From NCBI GenBank assembly GCA_031385045.1, contig JANNBC010000010.1, positions 1-64,000 of the forward strand: a stretch of DNA of 64,000 bases. The letters are read 5' to 3'. Shown in pieces: positions 39,376-48,737 of this stretch (its first letter is position 1; every line of letters starts with the position of its first letter). The translations under genes and the position numbers were made by a program. The notes below the pieces were generated by a model that ran no database searches, was not told where the DNA came from, and saw only the letters and a program-made list of their open reading frames with translations. The DNA comes from a bacterium (GTDB taxonomy: Bacteria; Bdellovibrionota_C; UBA2361; CALJRW01).

Positions 39376-40647
39376 TTATTTCAAAGTTTCTTTTTGATTC
39401 CAATAATTCTGAAGTCGTAAAACATTGATGTCAATAAAACCTCGAGCAAGAGTTTGATCGTATCCCCCTGCTTCATGCATGCTAGCAATTTTTTCAGAAT
39501 ATAAGCTATTTGGAGAATAACGACCAATCACGGTGATATTTCCTTTGTAGAGACTTAAGCGGACAAAGCCATTAACCGCCCCTTGTGAATTATCAATGTC
39601 TTTCTGCATCAACTCACGTTCTGGGGAGACCCAATATCCAGAGTAAACACGTTCTGCTAAGTCGATTGAGGTATGTAAATTGCGACGAATAACCTCACGA
39701 TCAAGGCACAGCGCCTCTAAATCCTGATGAGCAGTAAATAAGATTGTTCCAGCAGGAGTTTCGTACACTCCCCGTGACTTCATCCCGACATAGCGGCTTT
39801 CCACTAAGTCAATTCGACCAATTCCATTGTTTGCGCCAATTTCATTTAGTTTTTGAAAGATTGCTAGCGGTTCATTAATTGATTCACCGTATTCAATTTT
39901 TTCAGCAATGCCCATCTCGGTTGTAGCAAAGCTTTTAATTAATTTTAACTTAATGGGATTACCTGCTTTAAACTCCAACTCTAAATATGAGTCTTGATCT
40001 GGAGATTCCTGAGGAGATTTGGTCATCTCAAACATTGAAGGGCGTGGAATGGCCATTGGATCTTCTAACATCCCCGCTTCGTAGCTGATGTGTAACATAT
40101 TATCATCAGTACTCCATGGTTCTTTTTTAGTTTGCTTAACAGGGATATTGTGATCTTCCGCATATTTTAAAAGATCATCACGACCTTTAAATTTCTCTAA
40201 GAATTCCGAATCCTTCCAAGGAGCAAAGATTTGAGCTTTGGGCATCATCGTTCGGTAAATAAATTCAAAACGAATTTGATCATTACCTTTGCCAGTAGCG
40301 CCATGTGCTAAGATGTTGGCGTTATATTTCTTAGCAATGGCAACTTGACCAAGAGCAGTTACTGGCCTGGCTAGCGCTGTCCCCAAAAGATATCGTCCCT
40401 CATATTTAAGGTTGGCTCGAATAGCAGGTTGAATATAATTAAGTAGAAAGTCTTCCCGTAAATCGACAATTTCTACCGCTTCGGCACCTAGTAAAAGTGC
40501 TTTTTCACGAGCAGCCTCGAAATCACATTTCTGACCTAGATCGGCCATATAGGCGATTACCTGACAGTTTTTTTCGTGGATCAGATATTTTAAGATAATT
40601 GAGGTATCTAGACCACCAGAATAGGCTAGGACTACTTTTTGAGACAT
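39376..40647 (-). CDS. argG: Argininosuccinate synthase
   Basis: LAYSGGLDTS, HGATGKGNDQ, GMKSRGVYETP; ATG at 40647 preferred. Confidence 0.97.
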   Translation of the reverse strand: MSQKVVLAYSGGLDTSIILKYLIHEKNCQVIAYMADLGQKCDFEAAREKALLLGAEAVEIVDLREDFLLNYIQPAIRANLKYEGRYLLGTALARPVTALGQVAIAKKYNANILAHGATGKGNDQIRFEFIYRTMMPKAQIFAPWKDSEFLEKFKGRDDLLKYAEDHNIPVKQTKKEPWSTDDNMLHISYEAGMLEDPMAIPRPSMFEMTKSPQESPDQDSYLELEFKAGNPIKLKLIKSFATTEMGIAEKIEYGESINEPLAIFQKLNEIGANNGIGRIDLVESRYVGMKSRGVYETPAGTILFTAHQDLEALCLDREVIRRNLHTSIDLAERVYSGYWVSPERELMQKDIDNSQGAVNGFVRLSLYKGNITVIGRYSPNSLYSEKIASMHEAGGYDQTLARGFIDINVLRLQNYWNQKETLK

Positions 40648-40812
40648 GTTTAAATTGTAATTAAAAATTGGAATCAGCATACTTGATTTTTAGTTTTTTA
40701 AAAACTAAAAAATGTTTCTTTAATAAACGGGATGCTGACTTTCTTGCTGATAGTTGCTAATCTGGCTCAGCTAGTTTGCTACTAGATGTCTAATTTTGAA
40801 ATTTACTAGAAG

Positions 40813-41481
40813 ATGGATCATAAACAATTAGTTGGGCAACATGTCGCAAGATTTCTTATGAACGATCAATTAGTAGGCGTTGGTACTGGTTCAACTGTGA
40901 GTTATGCAATTGAAGCCATGGCCAAACGCATTGCAACAGAGAAATTGCAGGTATCCTTTGTTTCTACTTCTTTTCAGACCTCCCTGCACTTATCGAGTCT
41001 AGGGCTGACTGTTTTAGATATCAGCAATGTGAATCATTTAGATTGGGGCTTTGATGGTGCAGATGCTGTTGACTCTGAGCGGAATGCAATTAAAGGTAAG
41101 GGTGGAGCAATGCTTCGTGAGAAAATTATGGCAGTAAGATGCCAAGAATATTATCTAATCATCGATCAGTCTAAGCTGTGTCCCAATATTGTGAAACACT
41201 GCCCTGTACCTGTAGAGATTCTCCCCGATGCCTTGGTGACAGTTGAAGCTAAGTTAAAGTCAATGCCAATTGCCAACCTTGATTTAAGAATGTCGGCGAA
41301 TATTCATGGCCCCGTAGTTACTGAAAAGGGAAATTTTATTATTGATGTTGATTTCCTGGAGTTTAGTCCTAGTCTTGAAGGTGATCTAAAGAAGATAGTT
41401 GGCGTAGTTGAAACTGGTTTGTTCTTGAATTATGCTACCAAAGTATTTGTGGCCGAAGGACTGACAGTTCGTGAATTTTAG
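40813..41481 (+). CDS. rpiA: Ribose-5-phosphate isomerase A
   Basis: GVGTGST, DGAD, IKGKGGAMLREK, GVVETGLF. Confidence 0.96.
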   Translation: MDHKQLVGQHVARFLMNDQLVGVGTGSTVSYAIEAMAKRIATEKLQVSFVSTSFQTSLHLSSLGLTVLDISNVNHLDWGFDGADAVDSERNAIKGKGGAMLREKIMAVRCQEYYLIIDQSKLCPNIVKHCPVPVEILPDALVTVEAKLKSMPIANLDLRMSANIHGPVVTEKGNFIIDVDFLEFSPSLEGDLKKIVGVVETGLFLNYATKVFVAEGLTVREF

Positions 41482-41545
41482 AGTGCTATTTATTAATTTG
41501 TAGGCACTTACAAGCCATATAAAAATTTTATATTCAACATTAAAC

Positions 41546-42919
41546 ATGAGCAATACAAGAATCGAAAAAGATACGATGGGTGAAATGTCTGTTCCCGTAG
41601 AGGCGCTCTATGGAGCTTCCACGCAACGGGCAGTTCTAAATTTCCCAATTAGCGGGCTTCGCTTTTCCAGGGCAATGATTAAAGCATTGGGGGCAATTAA
41701 GCTTTCTGCTGCTAAGGCAAATCTAGAGCTTGGAGCATTAGATGCGAAATTATTTGATCCAATTGCCAGTGCCTGTGAAGAAGTCATTGCTGGTAAACTT
41801 GATCAGCATTTCGTAGTAGATATTTTCCAAACTGGCTCAGGTACTTCCACCAACATGAATGCCAACGAGGTGATTGCAAATCGTGCTGGGCAAATTGCTG
41901 GAAGTAAGATTCATCCCAATGACCACGTGAATATGGCGCAATCCTCTAACGATGTAATTCCAACAGCCATTCACGTATCTTGTGCTATGGCAATTAACGA
42001 AGAATTAATTCCTGCCCTAGAGTATTTAAAAAAACATTTAGATCTGAAAGCTGTTGAGTTTAAGGATATTTTAAAGTCCGGACGAACTCACTTGCAGGAT
42101 GCTACTCCAATTACTCTTGGTCAAGAGTTCTCCGGCTACGTAACGCAAGTTGGTAATGGTGTTGCTCGAATTAAACGTTCACTGGTTTCGTTAAATGAAT
42201 TAGCACTTGGTGGTACTGCTGTTGGAACTGGATTAAACACAGATCGCCAATTTCCTGCTTTAGCAATTAAGAAATTATCTGAATTATTAAAAATAGATTT
42301 TGTAGAAGCACCAAACCACTTTGAAGCCCAGGGGGCGCGCGATGCTGTGGTTGAAATGAGTGGGCAGTTAAGAACTGTTGCCTGTTCTTTAATGAAGATT
42401 GCTGAAGATCTACGGTGGTTAGCTAGTGGCCCGCGCTGTGGACTCGGTGAATTAAATCTTCCAGAAATACAACCAGGTTCCAGCATTATGCCAGCAAAGG
42501 TTAATCCTGTTATTTGTGAATCGGTAATGATGGTTGCGACGCAAGTGATTGGCAATGATACCGCAATTGCGTTAGCTGGTCAGCGTGGAAATTTTGAGCT
42601 TAATGTAATGCTTCCTGTTATTGCTTATAATTTAGATCAATCCGTTAGCCTTTTAGCTAGCGTTTCCAGGAATTTTGTAGATAAATGTATTCAGGGAATT
42701 ACTGCTAATCCTGAAGTTTGTCTAAAGTATGCCGAATCTAGTTTGGCAACTTGTACTTCACTAGCTCCAATTATTGGTTATGATCAAGCAGCCGCGGTTG
42801 CTAAGTTAGCTCATAAAAAGAACCTAACTGTTCGGGAAGCCGCCTTAGAATTAAAAGTCTTACCAGAGGTAGAACTAAATCAAGCTCTTAATTTAATGGC
42901 GATGACTAAGCCAGCTTAG
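41546..42919 (+). CDS. fumC: Fumarate hydratase class II
   Basis: QTGSGTSTNMN, GRTHLQDATP, GSSIMPAKVNP. Confidence 0.96.
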   Translation: MSNTRIEKDTMGEMSVPVEALYGASTQRAVLNFPISGLRFSRAMIKALGAIKLSAAKANLELGALDAKLFDPIASACEEVIAGKLDQHFVVDIFQTGSGTSTNMNANEVIANRAGQIAGSKIHPNDHVNMAQSSNDVIPTAIHVSCAMAINEELIPALEYLKKHLDLKAVEFKDILKSGRTHLQDATPITLGQEFSGYVTQVGNGVARIKRSLVSLNELALGGTAVGTGLNTDRQFPALAIKKLSELLKIDFVEAPNHFEAQGARDAVVEMSGQLRTVACSLMKIAEDLRWLASGPRCGLGELNLPEIQPGSSIMPAKVNPVICESVMMVATQVIGNDTAIALAGQRGNFELNVMLPVIAYNLDQSVSLLASVSRNFVDKCIQGITANPEVCLKYAESSLATCTSLAPIIGYDQAAAVAKLAHKKNLTVREAALELKVLPEVELNQALNLMAMTKPA

Positions 42920-42958
42920 TTTTTGCTGATAAGTTAGGTGGAAGGATTTGCTTCCTAT

Positions 42959-43513
42959 CTAATGAAATTGACTCTTGCTCATCTCCGGGACTGTTTTGCT
43001 TTCAGTATTAATAAATTTCTTAAGGCTACGACTAATAATTTTTGTTTTATCTTGGTGGTTGCCAGATCGACGATCGATTTCTTGAGATAAAACTTTCGCA
43101 AAAAATAGTCGACGATTGGGAGCAATCTTTGGTGAGAGATGCCAAACTAAAGCTGAGGGTATCGCAATTAGCAGAACTCCAGTGGAGGCCATATAAAAAG
43201 TTGCTCCACTGTAAGCAAGTTGTAGTCCAAAGATAACAGCGAGCAGTAGCCCTAGAAGTGATAATAAATAGTAAGGAGTTTGAAGATTAGATCGTTGAAT
43301 ACAAAGTTTCTCATCGCCGATACTAAAGTCTAGTAGATCTTCTAAATAACTTTCTAAAACTTCATTGGGGATAAATGCTAAATTAGTTTGTAGGCAGTTA
43401 GGTGTCTTATTAATTAGAAAGTTGTAGAAGGGGATTTGGGATTCCAATTCGAGAAGACTTTTCCCTATTAAAGTGTAATGTTGTTTAAGGTTGCCTGATT
43501 TTGATAGATCCAT
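42959..43513 (-). CDS. Hypothetical membrane protein (2 TM)
   Basis: 184-aa ORF with two hydrophobic segments. Confidence 0.7.
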   Translation of the reverse strand: MDLSKSGNLKQHYTLIGKSLLELESQIPFYNFLINKTPNCLQTNLAFIPNEVLESYLEDLLDFSIGDEKLCIQRSNLQTPYYLLSLLGLLLAVIFGLQLAYSGATFYMASTGVLLIAIPSALVWHLSPKIAPNRRLFFAKVLSQEIDRRSGNHQDKTKIISRSLKKFINTESKTVPEMSKSQFH

Positions 43514-43554
43514 TCTTGGTTTATATCAAAATACACCAAAATTGTTTAGTACTC

Positions 43555-43662
43555 TTATTTCTTATTATTACTTGGTCGTCTAACAGGCACAGGTACGGGA
43601 ACTTTCGGTGGAAGAAAGAAATCCGCTAAGATATCAAGTATATATTCCCAGACTTTATTCAT
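43555..43662 (-). CDS. Small protein (35 aa) with a PVPVPVR motif
   Basis: MNKVWEYILDILADFFLPPKVPVPVPVRRPSNNKK*; same strand as neighbours; sigma-28-like motif just upstream. Confidence 0.6.
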   Translation of the reverse strand: MNKVWEYILDILADFFLPPKVPVPVPVRRPSNNKK

Positions 43663-43736
43663 TATTTCTTACCATCGACTGCTTAAATCAAGTTCTTAAG
43701 TTTTTAGATGAAAAAACACTGAAATAGCTTCAATTA

Positions 43737-43774
43737 ATAGTTGAACCAGTAAAATTAAATTTGCGGTTCAACTA
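43737..43774 (-). terminator. Hairpin downstream of the 43837-44196 gene
   Basis: atagttgaacc...ggttcaactat inverted repeat. Confidence 0.45.
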
Positions 43775-43836
43775 TCTGGTTGTTAAAGTTGCATGGCCAG
43801 GACTTTAGTAATCTTAAGCCAAGATCCTCAAAATTC

Positions 43837-44196
43837 TTAGTGAGTATTAGTGTGTTTTGTAAAATACCATGGAGCAACGCGATTTTTTCCTCTGCGCGGC
43901 ATTGCCTTGATGGTATTGCTGACAAAAGTAGGATCTAAGTCTAATTCCTTGCAGGTCCAAGCAAAGCTAAATGGGGCTAATGGCTCAGCATCATTGTCAT
44001 TTTCAGTATTTTTTTCTGAACCAAAAAGCCATTCTTCGGCTTGTTTTAAGTCTTTCTGATCGTTACCGACATAATCAAGGATTGCTCTTTCTAACATCGA
44101 CATCAAAAGGTTTCTTTCCGGGGTTCCGTAAGGGCTGGGCTCTGAATTAAGTGGGCTATTATAATCAAAATCAATCATTCTGTTACTTTTACTCAT
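43837..44196 (-). CDS. Conserved-looking hypothetical protein
   Basis: PERNLLMSMLERAILD...AEEWL...PFSFAWTCKELDLDP; AGGAG SD. Confidence 0.8.
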   Translation of the reverse strand: MSKSNRMIDFDYNSPLNSEPSPYGTPERNLLMSMLERAILDYVGNDQKDLKQAEEWLFGSEKNTENDNDAEPLAPFSFAWTCKELDLDPTFVSNTIKAMPRRGKNRVAPWYFTKHTNTH

Positions 44197-44364
44197 TATT
44201 ATCTCCTAATACCTGTGCAATTAAGTACTAGCCTTATTTGCCAGTGCAAAACCTGAAGACTAAGACAAACTTGACTGAATAGTTAATGGTCAGTCTTCTG
44301 TTTGTTTTAGTCTTCTATGACAAAAACTTAGTGTCATATTAGGGAGACGAGGGGCTTGGAATGT

Positions 44365-45615
44365 TTATTCAACTAATTCTAAAACTTTATGGGAAAGTTG
44401 ATTGATTTCAATTAGATAACGAAAAGCTTGGTATTCTGTGACTAGTTCATCATCATTATTATTACTGATTGCTAATTGTGGAAAGTTCTCTAGTACTCCA
44501 GCGATTTCTTGGAAAAGTTCTGGATTAGTCTTACTTAGTGCTTGCAGTTTTTCTTTGTCGATTTTCTTAGCAAGTTTCTGAAGTTGATAGATTTCTCCTA
44601 GGCCAATTCTATATAGTTTTTGTAGGAAATAAGTTTCGTATATTTGGAGAATATTATTGTGAAAGTGATTTACAACAACCTCAAGTCCAATGTTAATCGC
44701 GCCGGTTACTTGTTCCGCGCAAAAATTAATTTGTTCAAAATCATCTAATGGTAGTCTCCAGCGAACCATAGCTGAGTTGATAAGCATTGTTAGTTCGGCA
44801 TCTAATTCTGAAGTGTCGCCTTTTAGACCCCATAGCTGAGTTAGTGGTTGTAAATCTGAAGCTTCAAAGGCTGGTGTTGGTAGATTCTTTGGATTAAAGT
44901 TTTGAATAAACTTCTTGCTTGTATCGGGAGATTGTTTGCTATCAAATTTTAGCGGAGTGTTTAGTTCCATTGCTCTTTCCCAGCTTGGAAAACCTTCGGA
45001 TTCTAATCTTTTTTGTTTTTCTTGAAAGGAATCTTCTTCTAGCTGGCTGACAGTCGCAATGCTTGGTACGCTAATTAGTTGATAAAAAATTCGTGGATCT
45101 AGATCGAAGATCATTGCTAAGAAGCGGTTTAATAAGAAGTTCCGATGATGATCTGGTATTTTGACATTGACCCAAGTGTATCCCAGGTCGGGAGTAAAAT
45201 AATCACCAGCCGGAGGTTCGTCTGTTGGTTCTTCGTTGACATGAAAATTAACGTATTTTCCTAGTAGAAAAGCCACGATTTTTAAGTCCGAGGCACTAAG
45301 GATTTTTTCTAAGATTTCTATGTCCGGAGTATCCCCGGCACAGTCAGGTAGCTCTAGCCAATGCCAGAAATTTTCCTCATTAAAACTATCAGCATTCCAG
45401 CAATCCAAATCAAGGAAAAGCTGGCATTGCTCTACGGTACATAGTTCTAATAGTTCAAAACATTCGCTTAGGCCGTTTTGTTTAATTGTTAGGTAAAGCG
45501 CTTGAGCGGGAAGCTGTTTAACATAGAGCTCAGGAGAATCAGACTGAAATATTTTTTTCAGTAAATTCTTCTGGTTATAGTGACTCTTAAATGCAATGTC
45601 ATGTTTAAAGTTCAT
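44365..45615 (-). CDS. DUF6178-like hypothetical protein
   Basis: QCQLFLDLDCW, RLESEGFP..E.A, INIGLE motifs; start uncertain (ATG 45615 or TTG 45648). Confidence 0.7.
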   Translation of the reverse strand: MNFKHDIAFKSHYNQKNLLKKIFQSDSPELYVKQLPAQALYLTIKQNGLSECFELLELCTVEQCQLFLDLDCWNADSFNEENFWHWLELPDCAGDTPDIEILEKILSASDLKIVAFLLGKYVNFHVNEEPTDEPPAGDYFTPDLGYTWVNVKIPDHHRNFLLNRFLAMIFDLDPRIFYQLISVPSIATVSQLEEDSFQEKQKRLESEGFPSWERAMELNTPLKFDSKQSPDTSKKFIQNFNPKNLPTPAFEASDLQPLTQLWGLKGDTSELDAELTMLINSAMVRWRLPLDDFEQINFCAEQVTGAINIGLEVVVNHFHNNILQIYETYFLQKLYRIGLGEIYQLQKLAKKIDKEKLQALSKTNPELFQEIAGVLENFPQLAISNNNDDELVTEYQAFRYLIEINQLSHKVLELVE

Positions 45616-45657
45616 GTAGTCACTATTTATATTGTTTTTGCGGTACAAAATCGAAGA

Positions 45658-45683
45658 TCCTCCATAGCCTTAGCGAAGGAGGA
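45658..45683. repeat. Short REP-like palindrome
   Basis: TCCTCCATAGCCTTAGCGAAGGAGGA, GC-rich imperfect hairpin in an AT-rich spacer. Confidence 0.45.
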
Positions 45684-45773
45684 CTGGAGACCAGTATTTG
45701 TACTCGCCGTAAATTTAATATTTTTTGGATAAGATTTTTGAAATTTACGATACAATTAGTCTTAGCTAATGAC

Positions 45774-46340
45774 TTACTCATTTTTCTTAGAAACTTTTGG
45801 TGTAAAAATTACAAAAATTTGCTTACCTGGCTTTGGAGATTGCGAATCAATATCAGCAATATCTTCCAAGGCAATAGCTACTTCTTTAAATTTTTCAATT
45901 CCACGATCCATAAAAGCAATTTCTCGACCTTTAAAGAGCATCGAGAATTTAACCTTATCGCCTTTTTCTAAAAAGCCTCGGGCGCGTTCAACTTTAGTTT
46001 TGAAATCACCTTTGTCTGTAGTGTAGCGAATGCGAAGTTCTTTGATGACGACTTCCGAGCGTTTCTTTTTAGAGTCTGCTTCTTTCTTTTGTTCGCGGTA
46101 TTTAAACTTACCGTAGTCCATGATCTTGCAAACTGGAGGTGCAGCTTTTGGCGCGACTTCTACTAAATCTAGTCCTAGGCTTTCGGCACGATCTAGTGCT
46201 TCTCGTGTTGAAATAATGCCTAGCTGCTCACCGCTTTCGGATATTACTCTAACTTGGGGAACTTTAATGCGGTGGTTGATACGATGTTGGTCGTTGGTAA
46301 CAGTAGCCGGATTGAATCTCGGCCGGTAATTTGAACTCAA
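45774..46340 (-). CDS. infC: Translation initiation factor IF-3
   Basis: RINHRI, LDLVEVAP.A.PPVCKIMDYGKFKY, GDKVKF...GRE; GGAG then TTG start. Confidence 0.97.
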   Translation of the reverse strand: MSSNYRPRFNPATVTNDQHRINHRIKVPQVRVISESGEQLGIISTREALDRAESLGLDLVEVAPKAAPPVCKIMDYGKFKYREQKKEADSKKKRSEVVIKELRIRYTTDKGDFKTKVERARGFLEKGDKVKFSMLFKGREIAFMDRGIEKFKEVAIALEDIADIDSQSPKPGKQIFVIFTPKVSKKNE

Positions 46341-46620
46341 ATAGGATCTCCAAAAAAAGCTAGTTTCAGATACGAATTTTGCACTTAAGATGAGAATATT
46401 AAGAGCGGAAAATCTGAAATTGCCATAAAATTAAAGCAAGAAAATAGGATGAAATTCTTGCGCAATTGGCTTCTATTTTTACAGCACTTGGAAATTAATT
46501 CAAGTGCCGAAACTACATTTGCTAAGATTCTAGGGTTTGATTGCTATAATTGAGTGATTTTGAGAGGCAGACCCGCAGTTTTTTAGTGATTACCAATCTA
46601 AAAGTTGCTAATACTGCACT

Positions 46621-48648
46621 ATGTATGTCACTCCAGACCTAGGTTTAGTTCAGGGTACTTTGTCATTGCTAGATGCAGAATCCTTTAATACTGGGCGTAA
46701 ACTTACCAAAGTATCGCTGGATCTTGGTGTGCTTATCTCAAAATCTAAGGATTCTAAGCTCCAGCCGACACGCGCTACATTTGAAGATGCTTTTCCTCAA
46801 CTCCTTACCGGGCTTTCTGAAAAATTTCGTTATTATCCCGAACAAGCCTTTGCGATTAGTCGAATTTTAGCAGATTCCACCAATAAGTTTTTATTAAATG
46901 ACACCGGAGGAGGCAAGACAGCAATTGCCTTAGCTTGTGCTCAAAACGTAATCGCTAGCGGTGGGCGAGTCTTGTTTTTAAGTCGCAAGCGACACCTAGT
47001 TAATCAGATTTGTAAGGATGCGCTCGATTATACAAATTTAACTTCAGCTGAGATTGCTAATTTAAATGGAATGACTCCTGAGAAGCGAAGTAAAGCCTAT
47101 GCTGATAGTAAGCATAAATTATTTTTAACTACGGCTGAAACTGGACGCAATGATCTTGCTAGTAAAGTAAATCAGGGTCGGGTTGATCCCTTATCTTTTG
47201 ACTTGATAATTTTTGATGAGGCTCACACCATGGATCAGGGTGAGCGTAAGAATAGGAAAGGGCAAGATGCTTATAATCTAATTTTTGCAAATTCCAGAAA
47301 GCTACCACAGGTGCTTTTAATGTCTGCGTCGATTCTCGATCTTAGTGCCGAAAAAAAATCAGCAGAAGATTTGATTTTTGGTATTCAGACTTTTTTAAAG
47401 CGGGCGCAAATTGCTGAAGTAATCAAAATTGAATTACCAGGTGTGCCAGTTGTAAGTAAAAATATTTTTTGTCCTTTGAAAGAAGCTTTTGAAATCCTAG
47501 TTTCTAAGTTAGATCGACAAATTGATTATTATACAGAACGCCTAGCTAAGGATTATCAAGAGAAAATTTTGCTGGCAATCCAAGGCTTAAGTCCAAGTCA
47601 GCGTTTTCAATTTGAAGATTTGGATTCCGAGCAAGAGTACTTTCAGAAGATTACAAAAACTTGCCCACCATATTTCCAGCGTGGTCGGCACGCGTCTTTC
47701 TTGTCCAGCCTGAATGAATTGGATTCCAAACGAGACTTTCCAGTTTCACTTTTTGATACCTATTTAAGATATCAAACTTATAATGAAGCCATTCGGCTAC
47801 GCGAGTATTTAACTTCCTACGGAGGGTATGCTTATTTGCAGTACATGGGGTCTTTGATTTGGGATCAACGCTCGGAGCAGAAATTTGGCGCCCATCGTTG
47901 GAACTTAGTTTCGCGACTATGTTTTGATGAGGAACATAGTGCCTTTCGTGAAGTCTTTGATCAGTTAGCCCAAGGCACTCCATTTCAAACTCTGCTGACT
48001 AAGGACGACTTGTCATGCTTAGATCCTGAGCTGAAATATAATCGAGAAAGTAAGTCGAGGTTTGTTGTCATGGCGCGCGAGGCCTATCTAGCAACAGGTA
48101 ATAATCAGATTTTAAATCGAGGATATTTTGACCATCCTAAAATTGGAAAACTATTAGAAACTGTTCAGGATTATTTTGAATTGCCTGAGCAAGGAAAAAA
48201 AATGTTGGTTTGTACGGACTTAGTAGAACATGTCTTTTTTCTTAAGCAGTTATTAGTAGAGAGATTAGCTCTTTCCTCTAGCGCAGTTACAACTGCTGTC
48301 GGAAGCGGTCAACATTCAACTAAGCTTGGCAAGGATAGTCTTGCAAATATTCTTGCTTTTCAAGATCCAGCTGGCCCATCAATCCTAGTTGCCACAGTGC
48401 CATTAATTGCCTTGGGTACAGATGTCAAAGGGGCTCGTGGGATTCTTAGTTTTCGTCCTCAAGATAAGCCAGTGACTGTGCAACAGTTAGAAGGGCGAGT
48501 GCGCCGGCAACTTGATTTTAACAAGATGAGCCCTAATGACTATGGATATTTCTATACACTCTATTCCCGATTTGATTCTGCAAAAGTTAAGATCTTAGAA
48601 GCTAGACAAAGATTACAAAAAGAAATCTTGGCGGCATTATCATTGTAA
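46621..48648 (+). CDS. Superfamily 2 DEAH helicase, Hef/Mph1-like, divergent
   Basis: DTGGGKT, IIFDEAH, MSAS, HPKIGKL, LVAT...GTDV, QQLEGRVRR. Confidence 0.8.
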   Translation: MYVTPDLGLVQGTLSLLDAESFNTGRKLTKVSLDLGVLISKSKDSKLQPTRATFEDAFPQLLTGLSEKFRYYPEQAFAISRILADSTNKFLLNDTGGGKTAIALACAQNVIASGGRVLFLSRKRHLVNQICKDALDYTNLTSAEIANLNGMTPEKRSKAYADSKHKLFLTTAETGRNDLASKVNQGRVDPLSFDLIIFDEAHTMDQGERKNRKGQDAYNLIFANSRKLPQVLLMSASILDLSAEKKSAEDLIFGIQTFLKRAQIAEVIKIELPGVPVVSKNIFCPLKEAFEILVSKLDRQIDYYTERLAKDYQEKILLAIQGLSPSQRFQFEDLDSEQEYFQKITKTCPPYFQRGRHASFLSSLNELDSKRDFPVSLFDTYLRYQTYNEAIRLREYLTSYGGYAYLQYMGSLIWDQRSEQKFGAHRWNLVSRLCFDEEHSAFREVFDQLAQGTPFQTLLTKDDLSCLDPELKYNRESKSRFVVMAREAYLATGNNQILNRGYFDHPKIGKLLETVQDYFELPEQGKKMLVCTDLVEHVFFLKQLLVERLALSSSAVTTAVGSGQHSTKLGKDSLANILAFQDPAGPSILVATVPLIALGTDVKGARGILSFRPQDKPVTVQQLEGRVRRQLDFNKMSPNDYGYFYTLYSRFDSAKVKILEARQRLQKEILAALSL

Positions 48649-48737
48649 GAATAGAAGCAAAAAAAGCTCCTAACTTAAAGGCATTTTTTTGCCGCCATTT
48701 AAGTATAGATATTTATTACCATGGGCGTTTTCAGCAT

